The notes under the pieces were generated by a model. The model worked only from the letters and a program-made list of their open reading frames with translations, did not search any database and was not told the origin of the DNA. From Schizochytrium sp. TIO01 (lineage: Eukaryota > Protista > Bigyra: Labyrinthulomycetes), in the NCBI GenBank assembly GCA_004764695.1, contig SMSO01000032.1, forward strand, positions 8,278,483 to 8,342,482: 64,000 nt of DNA, given 5' to 3'. Numbering within the stretch: the first letter of the stretch is position 1; each line of letters begins with the position of its first letter. The position numbers were made by a program, and so were the translations under genes. Shown here one piece after another: positions 11,801-21,005 of the stretch.

Positions 11801-12722
11801 ATTACGCCCTGTGGGCGATCTTTTATGTTACAAGGACATGATTCCAAGTGGCTTTGGAAATATCCATATGAATCTATTAGAGTGCATCAATTTGCGCACA
11901 ATGACATCTGTAGGGCAGGACGGGGAGCGCGTTATTATGGAGGAACGACCTCGAGAAAATTATCCTCCTATTCGAACAATCAAGTTCAAAGCATCATCGG
12001 TAGTAGAAGCAACTGAATGGGTCGATATTATTCAATGTCTTCTAGAAACATATTCGGATAAGAAAAAGGCTGAAGATGCATTTGCAAGTGGTCAAGAGGA
12101 TGTTTTTGGTGATATACCTCCCCCACCTCCGCCTGACGAGGATCTTGAAGATGGTCTTGGTGAGTTGGCTACGCTCGCAATAAAGAATCAAGAATATGGA
12201 ATAGATCTTGATAACATTATGGTCGAGCTAGGGCCTTATAGGGAAGGCAGACTCTCTGCTTCAAGTCAAAAGCAATCCTCACCCAGGCGAAGTCATCATG
12301 CAAGATCTGGAAGCTTCAAGGATTTTACGTTGGCAGCGCCATCATTCCCTGCACCAAGTGCACCCATTCCTCCAGATTTACCTCAACGATCTAAACCTTC
12401 CTCTCGATCACAGAAGGCCAGATCACTTTCATCTTCTTCAAATCACAGCAGTAAATGTAGCGCCAACACCCCTTATCATCGCACGAAATCTCGTTCTCGA
12501 TCAAGAGCAAGGAATCCACCACGACAATCAAGGAGTGCTTCCATGCCGCCACCTCTACCACCGTGGCCTGAGGACGACAATTTCCCCTCTCCGTTGCCCC
12601 GAGTAAGATCACGATCTACAGACTTCATTGAAGATAATTATGTGAAAAATGCAATTACAAGGGGCGTACCTGACTATCAAATTAACAATGACATCTGGGC
12701 TCGCTTTCGCCAAAGCTTCTAG
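8814..12722 (+). CDS. Type-I membrane protein: signal peptide, thrombospondin type-1 repeats, Cys-rich/EGF-like repeats, TM helix, cytoplasmic PH domain and Pro/Ser/Arg-rich tail
   Basis: First ATG at 8814 (MARALGAAAIFAWLVVVLWG signal). TSR motifs SGSWSVC...QERSVLC, DSWSTC...SQVREYAC, WNTCSHHCGGGW. LDxxGECC repeats and DDGETGSDCGG. TM IWIPVLGAFGGLIIVGLCGLAFINIYGAW. PH signature IEGWL...LLCYKD...INL...IKFKASSVVEATEWVDII. Confidence 0.85.
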   Translation: MARALGAAAIFAWLVVVLWGQDVQLAHADSNRSTSISSEGTVEAHVQNLEMCNSTNTTCLCQDYASQDKSECECNPEYHYTSTLRLPMLLDQQSSSVRSHILSLADLFNISTGDYTEADLNFTVTNSALPIPWKFTAGLNDTIAFTASNYSNLFELKGSGQNMSLLTWGFSADTLSPGLQINVSREDLIPMNATSIQTNWTITLDGACEDKNPFVSIYIYPVPLSMSSSVGAREIDIAWDTGNVSLSVEDFSTVEISYRQDGDFEPVLIGNSSSGNLVWSIPAVGFGTTASSSTSKPTSVQLELNLIFENAKYSKYPAWSLLTFEEEVYVPASVRYAYSGSWSVCNCSQVPSIQERSVLCQYLTDISSFLYTPVSLGYCQQAGLNSPTPMRLCSSCTNSSAEWVELDSWSTCNTTECGVSGSQVREYACIDSNGVANNSSTCGELTPKQRDCTPECALEILSIGVDDSDCLLNHCFDMLTGRLFDISSCGKTSSNGNGTCERWNTCSHHCGGGWTSPTEGSANRTCNTQTCSPFIRFYDSENGDLCITEDLFETSCSGSNLWTCDSLCSEDVSLLHHRELVSTRSISLYASQSNIEDEISRRCPNSDVITPSGECCSQGSVLDNQGECCESGFVDACGSCDGENLFLDLNGECCDLIDAAGFCCSEGIDRNGVCAGTATYDEAADTECGNDLCEIGEACDGTNDSSCCKADCPFSLSYCPAETGPGWSQPRPCGALGACLISQGTCDCFSASGRASITPFKSCVDNSTCASGYTWTSKGCIEDDVLIIFLCTNSLLDDGETGSDCGGFCPFICDGTLRPTSSPDSTTVYPSSSGNIATSTKIWIPVLGAFGGLIIVGLCGLAFINIYGAWKVRKLIKKKPKVNPDLAMLAPTPGDRMPPPKSDYAIDLAGFAHDDLINDDSDRKHIAETSESATSKINTRLTALERREELLSKDIAIEGWLDFSHKKSRSSSVAGPHLSPNAKRKGKRSKFSMYGVLRPVGDLLCYKDMIPSGFGNIHMNLLECINLRTMTSVGQDGERVIMEERPRENYPPIRTIKFKASSVVEATEWVDIIQCLLETYSDKKKAEDAFASGQEDVFGDIPPPPPPDEDLEDGLGELATLAIKNQEYGIDLDNIMVELGPYREGRLSASSQKQSSPRRSHHARSGSFKDFTLAAPSFPAPSAPIPPDLPQRSKPSSRSQKARSLSSSSNHSSKCSANTPYHRTKSRSRSRARNPPRQSRSASMPPPLPPWPEDDNFPSPLPRVRSRSTDFIEDNYVKNAITRGVPDYQINNDIWARFRQSF

Positions 12723-13115
12723 TGCCTTAAGCGATTATTACAAAAACTATCTGTGATAGATTTGCCAATCCAGTACTACAATATGTAAAGTTAGAAAGAA
12801 TCATCTATACTATTCTAGATTTAAACGTCATCAATTCGATGTTACGTTTACATAATTCGTAAGCATGCATTTTGCGAGGTTATGAACTTTTTCTTGGTGT
12901 CCCCAGACACAGCAAATTGAAAATTCACCTCATTTTCCCCGCATCCATTTTTGTCCTCGATCGGTTCTGCCAACTCTCAATTTGCTTTTGGTTTTTTCAC
13001 AAGGATCAACCCACTCAACAGCCTCCCCTTCAAATAAATCAAATAAATCAATCACTCCTCCTTTCCCGCATACATTGCGCGCCCTGTCCCTTCTTAGCTA
13101 GGCTCGCGTTGCTTC

Positions 13116-13139
13116 GGTTAGGTTAGGTTAGGTTAGGTT
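13116..13139. repeat. (TTAGG)n / (GGTTA)4.8 telomere-like pentamer run
   Basis: ggttaggttaggttaggttaggtt read directly. Confidence 0.85.
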
Positions 13140-14259
13140 TCCCTCCTGGATCACACCGCGGCTTGCTGTCGCTGCAGCTGCCACAGAAGAAAGGCCTTGG
13201 ATAGATGACTCCTACTGTTGCGCCTAAGACCCTTCCTGTGTAACCCTGTCTATACTGCGCAGTACAAGAGGAAGGACTACTTCTACCGTTACTACTAATG
13301 GGCGGTCCTAGCTCTCGCTCAAGATAGGAGATACGAGAGTCTTCAAGACCTCGCGGAGAAAACATTTGCATGCTGGTTGAAGCAGCCCCTAATTCACGAT
13401 CTGGACAGAGCCTCTGAGATGTTGTCGCTGGTCACTGCCGCCGTATAATTTGACAGAAGTCACGGTGTCATTGCCATTGGAACGAATCGCAAATACCTAT
13501 GACAAACAAAATGCTGCTCAATCAGAGACCCACAGACTAGCAGTGCATACATACATACTACATACATACATACATAATAAGGGCCCTACACTGTTAATGT
13601 TCTGCGTAGCGGCGCTTACGGCCACGCACAAAGGGAGACAATATGGCGATGAATGATCGATCGATCGATCTCCTATTCTTCGTAGACGCTGTAATTAAGG
13701 CTGAGCTGAGCTGTTCTCTGCTCAGCCTTACAGCAGCGGCAGTGCTAGCGACGGCATAGGCATCGCTAGCTAGAGGACACACGTAGCCGAAGAGTAGACT
13801 GAGGAATAGCAGTTGGCTGACTGCCACGCTAGCACCTGCCTACCTGCCTACTATGAGTGCAGGGGACAAAGCAGATGCAGTGAATCTCTCGCCTGGCAAG
13901 TGGGGTATAGAGCCCGCGCAAGTAGGTTATAGGGAATAGCCTAGTTTGCGGGGGTTTGAGGGCTGTTTGGCGGCAGGTGATACTGGATAGTAGGATGTCG
14001 ATAGTGCTGATTGCTTGATTTAATAAGCGATTGTGGAATGAATGTGTTTATGTATATATCATTCATATGGTGGATTGTAAGTGAAAAGGATAAGTGCGCT
14101 ATAAGTTATAGTACAATAGGGAGAATAAAAAGGGAGTGAATGAGTGAATTATTTATTTGTATATATGTATATGTGACTATATGAGTGAATGAATGAATGA
14201 ATGAATGAATGATAGAATGAATGAGTGATTGATCGATTGACGAATTTATTGTTTGACAG
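13122..14259 (+). other. Putative long 5'-UTR intron of the NUXM gene (acceptor well supported, donor uncertain)
   Basis: Acceptor TTTATTGTTTGACAG at 14259 with branch-like GATTGAC at ~14235. G/T-rich body with (ATAC), (GATC) and (GAAT) repeats. Donor candidates AG|GTTAGG lie within the TTAGG run. Confidence 0.3.
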
Positions 14260-14344
14260 CGCAGAGCCTTCGCAGAGCGGGATCGGAGTTGATCTTGGGA
14301 GCGCAGTGTAGACAGTTGAGTGGCCGCGAGGACTTACAGACACC

Positions 14345-14611
14345 ATGGAGGAAGAGCGTCTCCCCGTTCGTAACCCGCAGTACCCGGTGATCGACCGGGA
14401 CCCTAGCTTCGGCAAGGTGTTCGCGTACATGAAGGTGGAGGACATCGGCTTGTGGGCGGGCTGCACCGCAGCCTCTGCCGTTGCGGGCTACGCCGCTGGC
14501 AAGTTCAACCGCGGCCCTATGGTCTTCGGTATGGGCGTCATTGGCTTCACCGGCGGCGTCATGCTCGCCATGCAAAACTCGTACGGTCGTCTCATCGGCG
14601 AGCGGAGGTAA
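14345..14611 (+). CDS. Mitochondrial complex I accessory subunit NUXM / 20.9-kDa (NADH-ubiquinone oxidoreductase 21 kDa N-terminal family)
   Basis: PQYPVIDRDPSFGKVF...GY..G...GVIGFTGGVMLAMQNSYGRLIG matches the family pattern (YP.ID.DP.F..V; G..GG...AYQNS..RL.G). Strong C-ending codon bias. Confidence 0.9.
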   Translation: MEEERLPVRNPQYPVIDRDPSFGKVFAYMKVEDIGLWAGCTAASAVAGYAAGKFNRGPMVFGMGVIGFTGGVMLAMQNSYGRLIGERR

Positions 14612-15649
14612 ACTATGCTAATTCATCTTTTCTCAGGTCATGCGTCTCTCCCTTGCTTCGTTAAAGTTGCTTTCGGTCTTCTTACTTTCTTACTTACATT
14701 CTTACTTTTTCATAGCACTCAATAAGCATCGGTGCCGGCAATCGCTTCGGCATCAATGGCATCAGCAACAATATCATTATCATCTTCTTCATCATCGTCC
14801 GCATTTCCTGTCTGTATGGTGGCGGTAGAACGAGTTTAAACGGGGAGCTATTTCAGCTGATTGCTTACACGGTCAACTGACTGCCTGGCTAGCTACCTGG
14901 CTGCCTGGTCAAGGTTCTCTCGCACACGAGGGTTGTCAACTATCGTCTTTGGCAACAACCTCTCCTTCTACAACTCCAACAATATCTACTACATCGACGA
15001 AACAAATCTCAACACACTCGTACACCATCATTGTTCCTTACGCACATTCTGGCCTTCAAAGCTGTTGCTACTACTCCAATCTGCATTTGAGTCCTACATT
15101 CATCATAGTAGACTTGGTTTCGCATGCACACCCGGAAATGGGGGTCGACCACGTTATCTTGTGATCGTTTTTACTGCTGCGTTCATCTGGTATCTATTGA
15201 TCCCCTTCTTTCATTTGCATGTGACTCTGAAGAATCGACGTTTTATGTATAGGTTGATCTTGGGAGCATTTCGTTTCTTCAAATCTTGAGTTGCCTTGAT
15301 ATCGCTCATCTTGCTTTTGTAAACCTTGATATAATAAGGCTTGGTCTTGACTGTGATTTTAAATTGCATACCTTTTGCTTTCAGGGCTGTGATATTGGGC
15401 ACTCTGTACCTTCTCCACTCCCTTTTTCATTCCTAGGAGAGCCAAACATCAACAATGAATGATCTTGTTCTCCTCATACATACTCACGTGCATCTCTGCT
15501 TTCCTCTTCCTGTTGCAGCATCAAACATTTCTCGCGGATAGCTTTGCTATGGTTTATTCTGTTTTGTAGTTCACATATCTATATCTTTTACATACTTATA
15601 TGTCCAATGCCGAGAAGCAGCACGTTCATACATTTCTTGGTTAGCTAAC

Positions 15650-17900
15650 ATTCCCTGAGTGCTAAAACCTCAAAACCTCATTTTTGATCATCGAAGACAA
15701 ATTATCTAGGCCAGTCTGGCGATGACTAGCATAATGCTGCATTTTTTTAGTTTTTGCTTAGGTATACTCTAGCTAGAAGGTCTAAACTTGTCAAACTGTA
15801 CGAACTCAAATTCCTGTTCCACAGGAAGTGAGAAACAAAACCAGAAAGCTCGTTTATTATGTTGAGATCGCCGATTGAAGGAATATGAATATAAGGCACC
15901 CTCAGAGTCTGTGGTACACCATCTATGCGATCATCCAGTCATAATGTACATATTCGCATTGGAAAGTTTGTGCATAGGTGGAATCGGGACTACCGGTTCA
16001 GACGATAAGGTATCCTCATACGGTCTAAATTCTAGTATTGAGCGTGCATGCCTCCGTCTACAGGGTGAGGTGCCGATTGACCCACTATGAGATCGACTAC
16101 CTAAATCAGCTGGTCATTAGATCTAAATGTTGCACATACGAGTCCTTCCAAAGTAATATCCAAGTGTTGAAAAATCTACCCTCCGGCTGATCCAACCGCA
16201 ACATTCAGTAGTGGCTTGACATAGGAAAGTGTTTTTATAGCTTGCTAGGGTAACCACTCATTCCAATAACAAGAGCTTCATTGATAATTAATCAAGAATA
16301 CATCTTGAAGGATACTAGAGTAGTAAAGATCGTGGAAGCTCAGGAAAGGTTCCGTTAATTGATTATTTTGCAAATTAGAAAAAATGAAGTAGCAATTTTG
16401 AAGGAAAACTCGTCCAACTTTCTTTTCTAGTATGAGGATTCCGAGCCTTATAAATCGTTGATCAGCAATTGAAGGTATATGCAATGTAATGAGGACAATG
16501 CTAGTGCAAATACATAGTCAAGTCCAACGACACTGAGATACTTTTGAGAGGTAGTGAAAACATTGCGGCTGATGATGACCATCAAGAGTAGTAACTGCGA
16601 ACGACTGACGCGCATATTAAATGAATATATAACTGTTGAGGTCAAAACTCTTCGCTGAAAATCTATATGGAAATTCCTAACGATGTTTACTGAGAAGGAA
16701 TTCAGACACATCTCTGCGACATGACTTCGCAAGATTAAGAGGAGCCCCTATCTGACGAAAGCAGGACAAAAGTGTCACGATGGCATGATGGGTGATGTCA
16801 TGATAGCATGATGGGTGATGTACAACACTGCGCCGGAATCAACCAGGGAATGAAGGGAATCAAGCAAGCATCAAGAGGAGTCTGCAAAGCAAAACCTGCA
16901 GGCAGACCCGAAATACCAAAGCGACCAGAAGCACTTGAATTTATCAAGCACATTCTACAAGACAATCCTAGCCATAGTAATAACTAATTATTACCACCTA
17001 AGACATTTCCCCAAATACCTCTAAGTAATCATAACCACGTTTCATTAATGTTCTTTAAACATGATAAAACCCACAAATGAGAGAGTGAGTGATTTCTTCA
17101 CACAACGAAATCCTTAACGTCTTTTGAAATGACAACCAAGGTCAGCAGATCGCTAGCTCATACGCACAGGCTCTTTTTCTTTTCTCAAAGGTTTTCACTA
17201 AATATAATAGCTTCGATGATCATTTTTCTAAGTCAATATGTAGCTTCGTAAGTTTCGTCTTTCAGTACACATATCAAATTGTAATCTTGATGTAGGATAG
17301 CTACATCATGTCCACACTTAAATATTGAAGAGTCCAATATTTTGCGATATGTAGTTGGTTTACTGTTTACTACTGACACTCGCCATGGCGAATATTCAAT
17401 CTTCATTGATGATAGATTTGCAAAAGAAATCACGGTTTATGAGAGCAATTGAAAATGCGAATCAGCCGATAGAGATGCATACAATTTGTTTGTTCGTCTG
17501 ATTCAATTTTTTAAATGCATAATAATGGTACGTTTCTATCTTTACACTATTTAGTGAATTTATACTACGCTCTGCATCTTTTTGGTACGGGAGTTCGAAA
17601 TATATTGTTCAAGACATATTCAAAACTCCGTATCTAGAACATACAGTTAGTAGCAAAATTCAAAGGATGTTCTTGTAATCCATGCAATTCCATAAGGATA
17701 TCTTGAATCTGCGTCAACATTTAGTTTATTAATTAGTCCGAGGTTGCATAATACAAGCACCATCGTGAAACCAAGAAATAATCTTCATTGCCAAATCTTT
17801 AACGTTAAACTGGAGTTTGCGTTAAACTTTGTACATGCTCAAACGAGTCCTCCTTTCATATTTTCAGTTCTTCTTGTGAAGAGTTGAGCACGAAAAAGTA
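15650..17900 (-). pseudogene. Decayed leucine-rich-repeat (receptor-like) gene relic
   Basis: Manual minus-strand translation gives LRR fragments broken by stops and frameshifts: KEDSFEHVQSL/RKLQFN (~17855-17800), NLQNNQ/NGTFPELPRSL (~16376-16322), QHLDI and QHLDL (~16170-16115), DLNIINELSGFVSHFLWNRNLSSYSLTSLDLLARVYLSKN* (15869-15747), TGLDNLSS (~15715-15690). Boundaries approximate. Confidence 0.55.
16773..16818. repeat. 23-bp tandem duplication (TGTCAYGATRGCATGATGGGTGA x2)
   Basis: Two copies, 21/23 identical. Confidence 0.9.
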
Positions 17901-19030
17901 GAAAAGTAGAAGAGAGCAGTTTGTGGTGGACATTATATGCGCTGATACTGAAGCATTTGGGAGGTCGACATCTTCATTTTGAAATTCAGAACACAGGAGA
18001 ATCCTGTGCATGCATATTGGTGGAGTTTTTACACTATCAAAGTGTTGTGGTGAATTGCTGCAATGTGAATATCTCGTCCAGGTTCGGTGATTAATAGAGT
18101 GCGGCGGTAGTCGCAATATAAATTTTCATTGTCCATGTTCGGCGACTTATTAAGGATGAGAGTGAGCAGGATGGGCCCAGATATGACCAGCAACAAGCAT
18201 GGGTAGTAGCTAGGACCTCAATTGATAAAATAAAGCGTATCACACTTCAGAACTTTGCATAAATAAATAAAACAAAAATAAACTCACATAAAAACACAAG
18301 AAACAAATTCATACACGATCTAATATTTAAGTGATGGCACGTTTGGCCAATGGGGTCTGTTGTGATGTCTCGAAGCAAATAGACAAGCAACAATATGGTG
18401 GCTCCGTTGCGGGCAACCACTCACTGAGCAAGTTGTCCTCCCTGCTCCTCCTTCTTTCGTTTTCCAAAAGAAAAGAGATGAAAAGAAAATAAGAGAAGAG
18501 GAGAGAAGAGAAAACTTTGGAGGTAAAAGTAAAACTGATTGATTACTAATACTAAGTGGGGTGGGAAAATTTTGAAAATGGAGGGGTTGAAGTTCCTCGC
18601 AGATCCCTGCAGAAAACTTTGCCAGGAAGAGCAAAACGCTACGAAAGCCCCAAAAAGTGACACGGTGCTCTTTCAGAATGGTCATCGCACACTCTCTCTC
18701 TATCTCATCGTCGGACCCCACGGAAGCCACGAGATTTTCCACGCTCGTGCCGGTGATAGGTAGCACCAGGTTAGGTAGTACCTATGTCCAGTTGAGACCT
18801 GATCCGATCCGCCGGAAACGGACAATCGATGCCTTGCTCGCACAAAAGCCATAACGAGCAACGAATAAACGAATCAATGAATAAAATAAACGAGGCAGGC
18901 ATGCTCAAAAACCTCAAACGGGATTTCCAATTCTAACCAAAACAGGAAAACAAGATCGTATAGCTGGCCGCCTCGTTTGCTGCTGCTGACCTGCTGACCT
19001 CCACTCAAAATGCAGAAGCTACAGCTTCCT

Positions 19031-19077
19031 TCAGCTCGCTTCAGCTCGCTTCAGCTCGCTTCAGCTCGCTTCAGCTC
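19031..19077. repeat. (TCAGCTCGCT)4.7 10-bp tandem repeat, with a degenerate pentamer-phased extension to ~19145
   Basis: Direct read. Confidence 0.92.
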
Positions 19078-20875
19078 CACAAGCAAGTCCAGCGGCTCGA
19101 GCTACCTCGGCTCGACCTCGGCCAGCTCGAACTCGCCTGGCTCGCAGCATTCTTGTAAACTTCTGTGCTCTCACTGACACCCTGTTGGGCAGCAGCGGTA
19201 GGCGCACAAGCAGAGGGCGCCAAGAACACACCGGGAGAGAGCGTTACCTCCGCTTCGTTTTGCTCCTGCAAGTGCCAGAAGTCCTGGCCATCACTCGAAT
19301 CTTCACGTGCTTTCTGCGTGTGCCGCCGCCGGCGCGTCTCGCCTCGCCCTGCTCTTCTTCAAGTGCGCCCGCGACCTCGGAGTGAGCGGCTTGCCTCGCT
19401 GCCTACCTCGCTCAAGAAGAAGAAGAAGAAGGAGAAGGCCCAGAGCGAGCTCTTGTTGGCTCCGCCGCGGTGCTCTTCTTGCTTGCCTCTGGTCCCAGTT
19501 CTTCTTGCCTCTTCGTCCAAGTTCTTCGCCGTCGCCGTCAAGCAGCTGAGCCTGGGCGGGCCTTCCGAGGAAGCGGTCGCATCGCGTGTTTCCAACTTGA
19601 AATCTTGAAATCGACTCGGCGGTGGTCAACAGCGCCCCTCATTTGCAAACCCACCACCCCAAACCTTCAAGCTCGTGGACGGCCGCGCTGCCTGCTGCTC
19701 GCCGTGCTGGATCTCCCTCGCCGGGGAGGCGTCGGGGGCGCTCTTGGCAGCCTTGATCAACTAGCTAGCTGGCTCAAGATTTACTCCAAGTTCTTCTTCT
19801 TCTTCTTCTTGCTGCTGTTCAAACCTGAGGGGCCGCCGTGACTGCCGCCGAGCGCGGTCGTCTGCAAGGCCGCGCACTGGATCTTTTGCTTTGGAGTCTT
19901 GTCTTCAAGACTTCTTTCGGCTTGCTTCAGATGCCCTGGCCGTGGGCGCAGCGGACCGAGTGCATGGCTGGCTGGCTGGCTGGCCCTCTTGCCGAGCGAG
20001 ACCTCCTCGGCCTGAAGGTCAATCAATCAGTCAGTCAGTCAGTCGGTCAGTCGGTCAATTCCAATCCAATTCTCTTCTTCTCCCTCGCGGTGATGGAGGC
20101 GGTGGCCGTCGAGTCTGCTTTCGCGGTGGTGGGGCCGCGCTTGGAAGGGCTGCTTTGAGTTCCTGGATGTTTGCATTCCAACTTGGCGACACTTTGTCCA
20201 CGATTTCGCCCGAGTTGGCCATCTGATCGGAGTCGCGCCGGAGGCCTCGAAACTGCTTGCAAATTCCCAGGGAAAACGACACCAGAGCAAGCAAGCAAGC
20301 AAGCAAGCAAGCCACAAACAAACACCCACAAAGCCGTGCTACATCCAGACGTGGCCCCTCACCGTGGCGGCGTACACCATGGTGCCCGCTTCTAGCTGCC
20401 GCTCCTCACGTCACAGCCGCAGCGAGCGAGGAACGCGAGCGAGAGGCCAAAGGCAGGCATTCTTGACACATGGATCCATTCGATCGTCCACTCGTTCTTG
20501 AAGATTGCCGTCGTCGCAGAGGAGGCAGGCGAGCCCAGAAGACTCACCAACTGGAATCACACTCACAAACGCATTCGGAGCGCTTCGAGGCGTGCTTTTC
20601 CCGTGGCGTCGTGGCTTAGCTCCGTCGAATTGGCGACGGAAATGCCCAATGCGCAAGGACCTCCTCAGCCAGCAGACTCTCAAATTTCGAGTCAATCGTG
20701 AGAATGTAGCTTCCACCTTTTACTTGTTGTCAAGTGCAGAAAAGCACGGGGAGCGAGGAAACGGGCGCAAATTTCCCACGTCTGCTGAGCTCGGCTGTAA
20801 CTACTAGGATCTCCTGAACATTTGTGTGAATGAATGAATGAATGAATGTCCAGAGCGCTTCTCCGGAATTACTTC

Positions 20876-21005
20876 AAATGGAATTGAGTTGGATTGGATT
20901 GAAGTTGAAACGAATTGAAATGAAGTGAAATGAGTCGAATTGAGTTGGATTGAGCTGGGTTGAGTTGAGTCGAATGCAATCGACTGCATTGGATTGCATT
21001 CGATT
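20876..21005. repeat. Degenerate pentamer satellite (GRRTT-like: GAATT/GAGTT/GGATT/GAAAT)
   Basis: 5-bp phase kept over ~130 bp. Confidence 0.8.

Noticed and set aside
19000-20800. Dense overlapping ORFs in GC-rich islands (also 23.5-25 kb and 27.7-29.2 kb)
   Set aside because: All six frames are similarly open because of high GC; no codon bias or motifs like those of the real genes.
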